A stretch of DNA of 64,000 bases from an uncultured beta proteobacterium. GTDB taxonomy: Bacteria; Pseudomonadota; Gammaproteobacteria; Burkholderiales; SG8-39. The position numbers were made by a program, and so were the translations under genes. This document shows, piece after piece, positions 54,433 to 63,379 of this stretch (within the stretch, counting starts at the first letter, position 1; every line of letters starts with the position of its first letter). The notes under the pieces are model-generated. The model worked only from the letters and a program-made list of their open reading frames with translations, was not told where the DNA came from and did not search any database. Location: the NCBI GenBank assembly GCA_903859155.1, contig CAIOLO010000049.1:4609-68608 (forward strand), in the 5' to 3' direction.

Positions 54433-57126
54433 ATGCGCACGATCGCCGACAAACTCAACCGCATCTTTCTGGTCGTCGCCGTTGCGGTGCTCTTCACCAT
54501 CATCCTGATCTCGCAGGCGTATCTGTACCTGCACGGCCGCGCGATTGAACACGAAAACCTCAGCTCGCAGGCGGTCTCCCTGGCGGGAAATCTCGAATCC
54601 GCCGTAGCCTTCGGTGATGCCTACTTTGCCCAACAGACCTTGAACGCTCTGCAGCATCAACCAGAGGTGTTCTTGGCGGCAGTGATCCTGCCAGACGGCA
54701 AGCCCCTTGCCACCTACGCGGCGAATCGCCGCGTGAACGAGGACGATGCCATCGAAAAATATCTGGTACGGGGTGACTTCGTTGCGGTCGAGAAACACGG
54801 CGTTATCCAATCGATTGCTCAGCAGGGAGGCAGCCCTGCCCGCCTGGTGATCGTCGCCAGCCTGGAAGACCTCAATCGGGAAGCGCTGTTGATCCTCGTC
54901 GCAGGCACAGGAATGTGCGCCTTGATCCTGTATGCAGCCCATATAGTGTTCCGGCGCATGAGCGGTGCGGTGGTCAGCCCTGTCGAAGACCTCGCTTCGA
55001 TAATGCGTACGATAGAACGCGAGGGCGGTCGAGGTCAGCGTGCCCTGGTCGTCAGCAATGATGAATTCGGCGAACTGGCGACGGGCTTCAATGCCATGCT
55101 TTCTTCGCTGGAAGCCAATAGCCTCCGTCTGAACGTGGAACTCGAAGAGCGAAAGCGGGTCGAGGCTGAAACTGCCGCTGCGAAAAATCAGCTTCAAGCC
55201 ACACTCGATGCCATTCCCGACCTGATGTTTGAAGTGGGACTGGATGGACGCTACTTTGACTACCACTCTCCCAACACTGAGCTGCTGGCAGCGCCTATCG
55301 AGACTTTGATGCGCAGCAAGGTGTCCGATGTGTTGCCAGCCGAATCTGCCGACGTATGCATGTGCGCGTTGCAGGAAGCAAATGACAATGGCCAGTCTCG
55401 AGGAAGGCAATTCGCGCTGCCGCTATCTCAGGGAACTCGGTGGTTCGAGCTCTCCGTAGCGTGCAAGGCTGTCGCAACAGGCGACGAGCCGCGCTTTGTG
55501 GTGCTCTCGCGCGACATTACGGAGCGCAAACGTCTTGGGGATGATGTCGCCGAATGGAGAGCCCGCTACGAAGCGGTCATCAAAGCCAGCGGACTGATAA
55601 TGTATGACTGGAACCCGGTCACCGATGCCGTTGCCTATGGGGGGGACATCGAACGAATTCTCGGTTACTCCGCAGCCGAAATGGCGGGTGGACTGGTGCA
55701 CTGGGTGGGCTTGATCGATCCAAGAGATCGCGACGCTTTTAACCGGGAAATCAAGCGAGTCTTTGGCAGCAAGGAGCGTTTTCACCAGGAATATCGCGTT
55801 CGTCGCAAGGATGGCTCGCACGTGAGCGTGCTCGATGAAGGGTATTTTGTGTTGGACGCGTCAGGCAATATTGTGCGAATGGTTGGATTCGTCCATGACA
55901 TCACCGAGCGCAAGCAGGCGGAGGCCGATCGTGCCCGGTTCGAGGCGCAACTGCGCGAATCGCAGAAGATGGAGGCGCTGGGGACCATGGCCGGGGGGGT
56001 GGCGCACGACTTCAACAACGTGCTGGCGATGATCACCGGTAACGTCGAACTGGCGCGGCAGGACGTGGGGCCGGGCCATCCGGCGCTGGTGAGCCTGGAG
56101 GAAATCGGCAAGGCGAGCCGCAGGGCAAAGGATCTGGTGCAGCAGATCCTCGCCTTCAGCCGGCGCCAGAAGCTGGAGCGCAAGGCAACCTCGCTCGCGC
56201 TGGTGGTGGTGGAGTCGGCGCGACTGATACGCGCGACGCTGCCCATGGGCGTGAGGCTGAATGTGGAGTGCAAGACCGACACGCCCGCGGTGCTTGCCGA
56301 TGCAACGCAGATCAAGCAGATACTTCTCAATCTGTGCGGGAATGCCGCGCAGGCGCTACAGGATCAGGGGCGGCCCGGTACCATCGATGTCAGTCTGTCA
56401 GCTTCTGATCACACCGGCGGGGAGGCGCACGGCAAATTGCCTTCAGGCCGCTACGCCTGCCTCACTGTGCGGGACGACGGGCCGGGCATGGACGAAGCAA
56501 CGCGTTTGCGCATTTTCGAGCCGTTCTATACAACCAAGCCGGTGGGCAAAGGCACGGGGCTGGGTCTTGCGGTCGTGCACGGCATCGTGCACGCGCACGA
56601 TGCAAGCATACAGGTGGAGAGCGCTCCGGGGAAAGGGAGCGAGTTCCGCATCTATTTTCCGGCGATAGAAGCCCCGGTGGCTGAGGTTGCGGCTCCCTCG
56701 CCGGGGGTCGCGCCGGTTCAAGGGGCCGGGAAGCGAGTGCTCTATGTGGACGACGAAGAGGCGATCATCTTCCTGATGACGCGCCTGCTCGAGCGCCGGG
56801 GCTTTCGCGTGAGCGGCTTCACTGATGCGCGAGACGCACTTGCGGCAGTGCAGGCCAATCCCGGTGAATTCGATCTCGCCGTGACAGACTTCAATATGCC
56901 GGGCATGTCCGGGCTGGATGTGGCAAACGCGTTGCGCGAAATCCGGCCAGACCTGCCGGTAGTGCTGGCCTCAGGGTATATCACCGAGGATTTGCGGCAA
57001 AAGGCGCCTGCCGCTGGCGTGCGCGAGCTGATCTACAAGCCCAATACAGTCGATGATTTGTGCGAGGCAGTGGCGCGTTACGCCAATACGCAGGAGGGGA
57101 CCAGGCGGTCTGGCTCATCCAATTGA
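54433..57126 (+). CDS. Hybrid sensor histidine kinase / response regulator (TM-sensor-TM, HAMP, 2x PAS, HisKA, HATPase_c, REC)
   Basis: Two TM segments flank a sensor region of about 130 aa. HAMP: NDEFGELATGFNAM. PAS regions: RDITERKR, HDITERKQAE. H-box: GGVAHDFNNVLAMI. N/G boxes: NLCGNAAQA, DDGPGMD, GKGTGLGL. REC: VLYVDDEE..LAVTDFNMPGMSG..KP. ATG 1 nt after the yfiR-like stop. Confidence 0.9.
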   Translation: MRTIADKLNRIFLVVAVAVLFTIILISQAYLYLHGRAIEHENLSSQAVSLAGNLESAVAFGDAYFAQQTLNALQHQPEVFLAAVILPDGKPLATYAANRRVNEDDAIEKYLVRGDFVAVEKHGVIQSIAQQGGSPARLVIVASLEDLNREALLILVAGTGMCALILYAAHIVFRRMSGAVVSPVEDLASIMRTIEREGGRGQRALVVSNDEFGELATGFNAMLSSLEANSLRLNVELEERKRVEAETAAAKNQLQATLDAIPDLMFEVGLDGRYFDYHSPNTELLAAPIETLMRSKVSDVLPAESADVCMCALQEANDNGQSRGRQFALPLSQGTRWFELSVACKAVATGDEPRFVVLSRDITERKRLGDDVAEWRARYEAVIKASGLIMYDWNPVTDAVAYGGDIERILGYSAAEMAGGLVHWVGLIDPRDRDAFNREIKRVFGSKERFHQEYRVRRKDGSHVSVLDEGYFVLDASGNIVRMVGFVHDITERKQAEADRARFEAQLRESQKMEALGTMAGGVAHDFNNVLAMITGNVELARQDVGPGHPALVSLEEIGKASRRAKDLVQQILAFSRRQKLERKATSLALVVVESARLIRATLPMGVRLNVECKTDTPAVLADATQIKQILLNLCGNAAQALQDQGRPGTIDVSLSASDHTGGEAHGKLPSGRYACLTVRDDGPGMDEATRLRIFEPFYTTKPVGKGTGLGLAVVHGIVHAHDASIQVESAPGKGSEFRIYFPAIEAPVAEVAAPSPGVAPVQGAGKRVLYVDDEEAIIFLMTRLLERRGFRVSGFTDARDALAAVQANPGEFDLAVTDFNMPGMSGLDVANALREIRPDLPVVLASGYITEDLRQKAPAAGVRELIYKPNTVDDLCEAVARYANTQEGTRRSGSSN

Positions 57127-57153
57127 TTTCTGGCCGGTGTTTCCTGCATCAGC

Positions 57154-57447
57154 CTAGATTTCGATGTCGCCCACGGTCGCGGCCTTAAGGTAGGGTTTCA
57201 GCATGCCCTGCACTTCGACGTGTATGGGATGCGGTCGGTAGTTAGCCAGGGTTTCCTTGTCCTTCATGGTCATGATCGAAGCATGAGTGATATGCGGTGA
57301 GCGGGTGGTAAAGTTTCTGCCCGATTTGACCTCGATGACGCCGGGAATCTGCTTCAGCATGGCATCGGTTTTCGCGAACAGTTCGGCCGCCAGGTCGGCG
57401 GTCAGCTCGGGTTTCATTTCCAACAACACCACGTGAAGTACCGTCAT
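57154..57447 (-). CDS. Dabb-family (stress-responsive alpha/beta barrel) protein
   Basis: 97 aa. VLHVVLLEMKPE..IPGVIEVKSGRNF..THASIMTMKDKETLANYRPHPIHVEV is the Dabb signature. Confidence 0.8.
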   Translation of the reverse strand: MTVLHVVLLEMKPELTADLAAELFAKTDAMLKQIPGVIEVKSGRNFTTRSPHITHASIMTMKDKETLANYRPHPIHVEVQGMLKPYLKAATVGDIEI

Positions 57448-57486
57448 CGCATGATTCCTTTTCAGGTGGAGTCCGGCGGCCTGGCG

Positions 57487-59592
57487 TTACGCCCAGTCGA
57501 CGGTATAGGCGAGCGCAAATTGGCTCATTGTTTTGTTGATCTGCGTAGTGATCGCACTTTTCATTTCACTTTGCTCGTCGCTTTTCGGGCAGTTTAATGT
57601 GATATGAACCATGGTTCCATGAATCGAATGGGGCCGAACGCTGACCGAGAGATTGCCATCTGTATCGCCAGGCGAAAAACCTGTCGCATGGGAAAGCAGC
57701 GACGAAAACTCCCTCTCCGCGGCGTCTTTGCGCAGCACGTCTTTCATGGGCTTGCCGACATCTGTGAGGGGCATGCGGTCCAGAATATGAATTTCCTTGG
57801 GCATGGCGGCGCGCTCCGTGACACGGCCAGCAAGATATGCGAGCAACAAATCGCTGGTTGCCGTGGAACCGGGCGTCAGTTGCACATACGCTATTGGCAG
57901 CTCCCCGGCATGGGCATCCGGTTTTCCCACGGCGGCTGCGAGCAGCACATCGGGGGACTGCAGCAACGGCTCCTCGATGAGCGAAGGATCAATGTTGTGC
58001 CCCCCACGGATAATGACGTCTTTCACACGGCCGGTGACAAATACGTAACCCTCGGCATCGATACGTCCGAGATCGCCGGTTATCTGCCACCCATCCCCTG
58101 TGCGCGCAGCCCGGGCGTGCTCGGGGTTCAGGTACCCGGCAGCCAGACCGGCACCACTGACTTGAAACATGCCGATTTCGTCTGCGCCGCAAACACGCAC
58201 CGTTCCGCCCTGCGCGTCCCGCTTTCCGTCCACCCCGACGACACGGATTCCCGTGTACGGAAGGCGTATGCCCGAACTGCCCTCCTTGGCATTGCCGTCG
58301 CGCGGGTCAATGGCGATGCTGGCCGTGTTCTCCGTCATGCCGTAGGAATTGAGAACGCGCACGCCGGAGATGCGCTCGAACTCTTCACGCACCGGAATCG
58401 GCAGCGCGGTGGACCCGGTCACAAAATTGGGCTCCAGAGAGGAAAGGTCCTCGCCCTGCGGCGGAGACTTGATGAGCACAGCCAGAGTGGTTGGCACGGC
58501 GGAGAGCCGCGTAACGCGATATTTTTCGACAAATTGCCAATAATTGGCGATATAGCGCTTGTCGCGCGCGCCCATCACGCTGGGTATCAGGATGCTGGCG
58601 CCGCTGGCGAGGGGGGGTAGATTGCGCCCGATCAAACCGCCGACATGAAACATCGGTGTGTCGTGAAGTATCCGCTCGCCCGGCAGCAGGCGCTGCGTCA
58701 ATTGCAGCGTCCAATGCCGAAAAGAAAAATTGCGATGCGAGAGCTTGACGATCTTGGGTAATCCGGTGGTGCCACCAGAATGAACATAAGCGGCTATGTC
58801 CCCTGCCGAGCGCAATGCCATGGGGGTGCCGGCGTCACCCGGGTGGCGCGCGCTGTTCATGTCGAGATCTGACTCGGGCAGCCGCGTGCCGCCAGGCCCG
58901 AGTACCGACCAGATCCGGGTGTCCGGCGCAAGTTCATCTGCAATCGCCGCTAGCGATTCCCAGATGGCGAACCCCGGAGTCGGGCCAAGCGCAATGATCG
59001 ACCGCACCTTCGCCTGCTTGAGAAGGCTCAGAAAATGCGACGGTTCGATCATCCAGTTGAGCGGAAACACGATGCCTGCAGACATGGCGCCGAGAATTGC
59101 CCAATACACAGATGGCACCGAGGGAAGCAGGACCGCCGTCACGTCAGACGGACCGCTTCCATACGAGCGCAGTAACGCGGCGGTGCGACCGATATTGGCG
59201 CGTAGTTGTTGAAACGAAACTTCTTCGGCAACGCTGCTTACTTCGCCATCGGGAACATAGAATATGGCGGTGTCTTGTGAAGCTCTTGCGGCCAGCGCGA
59301 GGTCTACCCGCTGGCAAAAATCGACGATCTTCAGACGCTCTGCCAACGGCGTTTTCTCAATTGCCTCTATGTCCTTGAGCGAGCGCAGTGGCCGATCGAG
59401 CAAGGCTTGGTCGGCAGTCTCAAGTAGCGCACAGCCACGTTCTTGTAGAATTGAGGCGACAGATCGCACGATCACGCCGATGGTATCAATGCATTGGTCG
59501 GGGTTTTGTGCGCATGCAAGATTGTTCTCCCTATTCGATCCTGGCGAGGTCACGGAAGTTATGTGCCATCGTCCGATGCATTGGCAATGCAA
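57487..59592 (-). CDS. AMP-binding acyl-CoA synthetase with a C-terminal extension of about 90 aa
   Basis: LLDRPLRSLKDIEAIEKTPLAERL N-terminal region, AYVHSGGTTGLPKIVKLSH (AMP P-loop), YGMTE, GDLGRIDAEGYVFVTGRVKDVIIRGG. The true start is probably an internal non-ATG codon near 59450-59490. The ORF ATG at 59592 would add a Cys/His-rich leader. Confidence 0.75.
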   Translation of the reverse strand: MHCQCIGRWHITSVTSPGSNRENNLACAQNPDQCIDTIGVIVRSVASILQERGCALLETADQALLDRPLRSLKDIEAIEKTPLAERLKIVDFCQRVDLALAARASQDTAIFYVPDGEVSSVAEEVSFQQLRANIGRTAALLRSYGSGPSDVTAVLLPSVPSVYWAILGAMSAGIVFPLNWMIEPSHFLSLLKQAKVRSIIALGPTPGFAIWESLAAIADELAPDTRIWSVLGPGGTRLPESDLDMNSARHPGDAGTPMALRSAGDIAAYVHSGGTTGLPKIVKLSHRNFSFRHWTLQLTQRLLPGERILHDTPMFHVGGLIGRNLPPLASGASILIPSVMGARDKRYIANYWQFVEKYRVTRLSAVPTTLAVLIKSPPQGEDLSSLEPNFVTGSTALPIPVREEFERISGVRVLNSYGMTENTASIAIDPRDGNAKEGSSGIRLPYTGIRVVGVDGKRDAQGGTVRVCGADEIGMFQVSGAGLAAGYLNPEHARAARTGDGWQITGDLGRIDAEGYVFVTGRVKDVIIRGGHNIDPSLIEEPLLQSPDVLLAAAVGKPDAHAGELPIAYVQLTPGSTATSDLLLAYLAGRVTERAAMPKEIHILDRMPLTDVGKPMKDVLRKDAAEREFSSLLSHATGFSPGDTDGNLSVSVRPHSIHGTMVHITLNCPKSDEQSEMKSAITTQINKTMSQFALAYTVDWA

Positions 59593-59633
59593 ATGACAAA
59601 CTCACCCGATTGTACTGATCTTCGGAGCAGAAA

Positions 59634-60221
59634 ATGAGAAGTGGCGTCAGACGCGTAGTTACGGGACACGACGCAAACGGGAAGGCAGTCATAGTGTCCG
59701 ATGGGGCTGCTCCGTTTGTATATGAGAATCCGGCAATTCCGGACATGGTTTCAACGGATATCTGGCGAACCGCCGAGATGCCGGCGGCAATTGTGAAGAG
59801 CGCTTCGGAAACCACGCTCGGACCGCGGCGGCAGTTGCCGGCAAAAAACGGCACGGTCATCAGGATTAACAGCTTTCCTCCGGATCCACAGGGCATTGCC
59901 GGCATGACCCCGGCCGAGGCGAGGCAAGCGTTTGCCGCGCTGGGGAATGAATCCGCGGCGACCTTCGGCAAAGGAGGGCGTCATCCCATGATGCACCGGA
60001 CCGAGACCATCGACTATGCGATCGTACTTTCCGGCGAGATCGACATGGTCCTGGATGAAACCGACGTTCACCTGACCGAGGGGGACGTCGTTGTCCAATG
60101 CGGAACCAATCACGCCTGGGTTAATCGATCGTCGAAACCGTGTCGCATTGCATTCATTCTGATTGATGGTAAGTTCGATTCGGAGGTGCTGGAGTTGATT
60201 CAGGATTCTGGTTTGAAGTAG
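59634..60221 (+). CDS. Cupin-domain protein
   Basis: RRVVTGHDANGKAV.. and MHRTETIDYAIVLSGEIDMVLDETDVHLTEGDVVVQCGTNHAWVNRS (cupin motifs 1 and 2). Confidence 0.75.
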   Translation: MRSGVRRVVTGHDANGKAVIVSDGAAPFVYENPAIPDMVSTDIWRTAEMPAAIVKSASETTLGPRRQLPAKNGTVIRINSFPPDPQGIAGMTPAEARQAFAALGNESAATFGKGGRHPMMHRTETIDYAIVLSGEIDMVLDETDVHLTEGDVVVQCGTNHAWVNRSSKPCRIAFILIDGKFDSEVLELIQDSGLK

Positions 60222-60278
60222 AGGGAGAATTTGCCGCGGTGGGCTGATCAAGACGCTTGGCGTAAGGTTCGATCAATA

Positions 60279-61262
60279 ATGAAAAAGGGAGTTCCCATGG
60301 CCGTAACAGGTCGTGTATTTGCGTGTATTGCCGTGTTTGCATTTGTGAGCAGTTGTTACGCCCAGTCCTGGCCCGTGCGTCCGGTGCGCATTGTGGTGCC
60401 TGCGGCGCCTGGCGGCCCCGCCGACGTAATGGCGCGGATCCTCGCGCAGAAGCTGTCAGAGTCCTTGGAGCGACAGTTCGTCGTCGAGAACAGGCCTGGG
60501 GCCGCTGGAAATATTGCCATGGCGCAGGTCGCAAAGACCGCGCCGGACGGCTACACGGTTCTCGTGACGACCAGCGCCTACATGGTCAATCCTGTCCTGT
60601 ACGCGAACGCCGGCTACGATCCATTCAAGGACTTCGCACCGGTAACCGTGGCCGCAGCAACACCCAATGTATTGGTAGTCCACCCGGCAGTTGCGGCGAA
60701 GACCGTGCAGGAATTGCTTGCACTGGTGAATGCGAATCGGGGAAAATTCAGCTACGCACACCCGGGTACTGGAACGACGCCACATCTGTCCGGTGAGCTG
60801 TTTCGGCTCAGCTTCAATCTCGACATCATCAACGTGCCGTTCAACGGTGCCGGTCCTGCGCTCGCTTCGGTGGTCGGCAATCAGACCCCTGTCGCATTTG
60901 TCGCATTGGCTGGAGCAACGCCACACCTGAAAAGCGGCGCCATACGCGCTCTTGCCGTAACGGGCGCCAGGCGCGCAGCGACGCTACCCGATGTGCAGAC
61001 CATGGCCGAAGCGGGGGCAAAAAACCAGGAATCCGAGACCATGCTGGGCGTGCTGCTTCCAGCCGGTACCCCGCGCGAGATCGTTGGGCGGCTGCATCGC
61101 GAGATCGTCCGGGTAGTCGCTCAGGCGGATGTGAAGGAGCGGCTTGGAGCGCTTGGTTTCGAGCCGGTCGCGAATACCCCGGAAGAGTTCGCCGCCTACA
61201 TCCAGGCAGAAGTCAACAAATGGTCGAAGGTAATCCGTGACGCCAATATCAAAGTCGAGTGA
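60279..61262 (+). CDS. Bug-family (TctC-like) substrate-binding protein
   Basis: Signal peptide; WPVRPVRIVVPAAPGGPADVMARI..NRPGAAGNIAMAQVAKTAPDGYTV..NVPFNGAGPALASVVGNQT. ATG 60279 chosen; the ORF opens at 60231. Confidence 0.9.
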   Translation: MKKGVPMAVTGRVFACIAVFAFVSSCYAQSWPVRPVRIVVPAAPGGPADVMARILAQKLSESLERQFVVENRPGAAGNIAMAQVAKTAPDGYTVLVTTSAYMVNPVLYANAGYDPFKDFAPVTVAAATPNVLVVHPAVAAKTVQELLALVNANRGKFSYAHPGTGTTPHLSGELFRLSFNLDIINVPFNGAGPALASVVGNQTPVAFVALAGATPHLKSGAIRALAVTGARRAATLPDVQTMAEAGAKNQESETMLGVLLPAGTPREIVGRLHREIVRVVAQADVKERLGALGFEPVANTPEEFAAYIQAEVNKWSKVIRDANIKVE

Positions 61263-61313
61263 TTGCCGAATGGCCGTAGACCAAAGAACGCGGCGACAAG
61301 ATGGAGGAGCCAG

Positions 61314-61787
61314 GTGCTTGAGATACGGCGCGTAGTCACCGGACACGATGCAAACGGCCTCGCGGTCGTCAAATTCGATGAGCTCACGAATAACGCCGTC
61401 ATCAACCGCCCGGGCGCTGTCGGCGCCGTTATCTGGTCCACCGAGGGGTTCCCGGTGGACAACACGGATGATCAGGATGGAGCCACGCGCGAGCTGGGTA
61501 CCAGTGAGTCGGGCGGAACGATCTTTCGTGTCGTCAGCTACGAGCCGGGTGTCGCCCCGCGCATGCATCGCACGGAAAGTATGGATTACGCGGTGGTTGT
61601 GTCCGGCGCAATCGATATGCAGTTGGATGACATGGAAGTGCACTTGAAAGCAGGGGATATGCTGGTGCAGCGGGGAACGATACACGGCTGGGTGAACCGT
61701 GGCGCCGTGCCATGCGTTGTGGCATTTGTCTTGATAGGCGCCAAGCCGGTCCGCACTGGCGGGCAGATCCTCGGGGAGAGGGGATAG
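61314..61787 (+). CDS. Cupin-domain protein (paralog of 59634-60221)
   Basis: IRRVVTGHDANGLAV.. and MHRTESMDYAVVVSGAIDMQLDDMEVHLKAGDMLVQRGTIHGWVNRG. GTG 61314 is preceded by GGAGGAG 7 nt upstream. The ORF opens at 61263. Confidence 0.75.
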   Translation: MLEIRRVVTGHDANGLAVVKFDELTNNAVINRPGAVGAVIWSTEGFPVDNTDDQDGATRELGTSESGGTIFRVVSYEPGVAPRMHRTESMDYAVVVSGAIDMQLDDMEVHLKAGDMLVQRGTIHGWVNRGAVPCVVAFVLIGAKPVRTGGQILGERG

Positions 61788-61899
61788 CACAGACCGCTTT
61801 GACGATGGCAAGTGGTCGCTGTCGATCTTTCGCTGGCAATGCGTCGGCGGTTATTGGCAGGTGCTAATATTCTGTGGTCGAAAAACCTGAAGGAACACC

Positions 61900-62874
61900 G
61901 TGAAATCATTCACCAGGATACTGGCGGCGCTGTTGGCTGCAATCTATTTGGCCGCGTCGCCCGTGGCATATGCACAGGCCTATCCCACGAAGCCCATCCG
62001 CATGATCGTACCTTACCCGCCAGGCGGAATCGATCCGTACGCGCGCGTGATGATGCCAGCCATGAACGAGTTTCTCGGCCAGCCCATCGTGCTGGAGAAC
62101 CGTCCTGGGGCGAACGGCATCATCGGCTCGGAGATCGTGGCGCGCTCGGCGCCGGACGGTTATACGATCCTTTTCGGCACCTCGAGCACACTGGTCGGTG
62201 GCATTTTCCTGATCAAGGACGTGCCCTTCGATCCGGTGAAGGACCTCACCCCGATTTCGAACATGTTCGAGCCCTTGCAGGTGCTGGCGGCACCCGCATC
62301 CTTCGCGCCAAACACGGTCAAGGAACTGCTCGACTACGCCAAGCGCAACCCGGGCAAGATCTCTTACGGCAGTTCGGGCATTGGGTCGGTGTTCCACCTG
62401 AACGGCGAGTTGCTGAAAATCGTGGCGGAGATCGACATGGTGCATATTCCCTACAAGGGCACCGGGCCGCTTGCCACGGAGTTGCTCGCCGGCCGCGTGG
62501 ATGTGGCTTTTCCGGCGCTGAGCAACGTGCGGGGCTTTCTCGCTTCTGGCAAGGTGAAGTTGCTGGCCGTTCCGGAAAGCAAGCGGCTTACGCAACTGCC
62601 TGATGTCCCCACGGTGGCTGAAACACTGCCAGCGTTCCAAAAAGTGCCGTCATGGATTGCGATGTTCGGACCCGCGGGCCTGTCCAGGCCGGTGGTGAAT
62701 CGACTACACGACGCGATCGTGCGCGGACTCAGCAGCCCCGAATCGCGCAAGTATCACGACGACAATGGCTCGCAGATCATGGCCACCGGCCCCGAGCAGT
62801 TGGCCGCTGCGCTCAAAGGCGACCTCGAAAGAGTGGGAAGGCTCATCAAGCGCCTGGACATCAAGCCCGAGTAG
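61900..62874 (+). CDS. Bug-family (TctC-like) substrate-binding protein
   Basis: GTG start; signal peptide; YPTKPIRMIVPYPPGGIDPYARV..NRPGANGIIGSEIVARSAPDGYTI..HIPYKGTGPLATELLAGRV. Confidence 0.9.
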   Translation: MKSFTRILAALLAAIYLAASPVAYAQAYPTKPIRMIVPYPPGGIDPYARVMMPAMNEFLGQPIVLENRPGANGIIGSEIVARSAPDGYTILFGTSSTLVGGIFLIKDVPFDPVKDLTPISNMFEPLQVLAAPASFAPNTVKELLDYAKRNPGKISYGSSGIGSVFHLNGELLKIVAEIDMVHIPYKGTGPLATELLAGRVDVAFPALSNVRGFLASGKVKLLAVPESKRLTQLPDVPTVAETLPAFQKVPSWIAMFGPAGLSRPVVNRLHDAIVRGLSSPESRKYHDDNGSQIMATGPEQLAAALKGDLERVGRLIKRLDIKPE

Positions 62875-62889
62875 CAGGCTGGGATGTGC

Positions 62890-62912
62890 GACCGGCACGC
62901 GCCGTGCCGGTC
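62890..62912 (+). terminator. Terminator-like GC-rich hairpin after the last Bug gene
   Basis: GACCGGCAC (62890-62898) and GTGCCGGTC (62904-62912) are exact reverse complements with a 5-nt loop, 16 nt after the stop. No strong U-tract follows. Confidence 0.35.
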
Positions 62913-62950
62913 ACTGGTCGAAAATCGAGTCCTCGAGTGATCAAAAAAAT

Positions 62951-63109
62951 CGGGGGCGAGAAAAGTCTTTAGCAGGTCGCTCCCCGGGTGGCACGCTGCG
63001 ACCGAGATCCGCCGACGCAACATCATGCGCAAGCGCGTTCTGCGCAACATCGCCGAACTGACCAAATATGCGATCCGCGAGGGGCCGACCTCTGCCTGAG
63101 CGCTGCATC
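62951..63109 (+). pseudogene. Remnant of the C-terminal HTH of a LuxR/FixJ-family regulator
   Basis: The frame open from 62951 reads ..HAATEIRRRNIMRKRVLRNIAELTKYAIREGPTSA*. This resembles the recognition-helix end of LuxR-type HTH domains (..VExHRxNIMRKLxxxNxAELTxYAIxxGL). No receiver or N-terminal part precedes it, and a stop lies immediately upstream at 62948. Confidence 0.4.
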
Positions 63110-63217
63110 GCATCGGCTGTGTTTTCGCCACACCCCCTCGGGCTCCTTATGTCTGGAGCGATCGGTGTAATCCGACTACCTGTATCCCGGTACTGCTAAT
63201 TACCGGGTACTGGGGAT

Positions 63218-63245
63218 TTGTTTTTCGCAAACCCATGGCTATATT
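63218..63245 (+). promoter_or_regulatory. Candidate sigma70-type promoter upstream of glgC
   Basis: TTGTTT (63218-63223), a 16-nt spacer, then TATATT (63240-63245), about 135 nt upstream of the glgC ATG. A 7-bp inverted repeat CCCGGTA-N8-TACCGGG sits just upstream (63186-63207). Confidence 0.25.
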
Positions 63246-63379
63246 ACTGCCGGGGGGTGGTGACGAGTTCTGTGAGAGAAATCGCAGATACAACCCCGCT
63301 GCTTTCGGTGAACCCCATGGATAGGAGCATGCCTGGGAGGGCGAATCCGGAATAAACGCAAGTCGAAAAGAAAGCAATA

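Noticed and set aside
62988-63170. 60-aa ORF MARCDRDPPTQHHAQ.. in the Bug/glgC intergenic region.
   Set aside because: It is in a different frame from the LuxR-HTH-like remnant, which explains the region better, and it has no motifs of its own.
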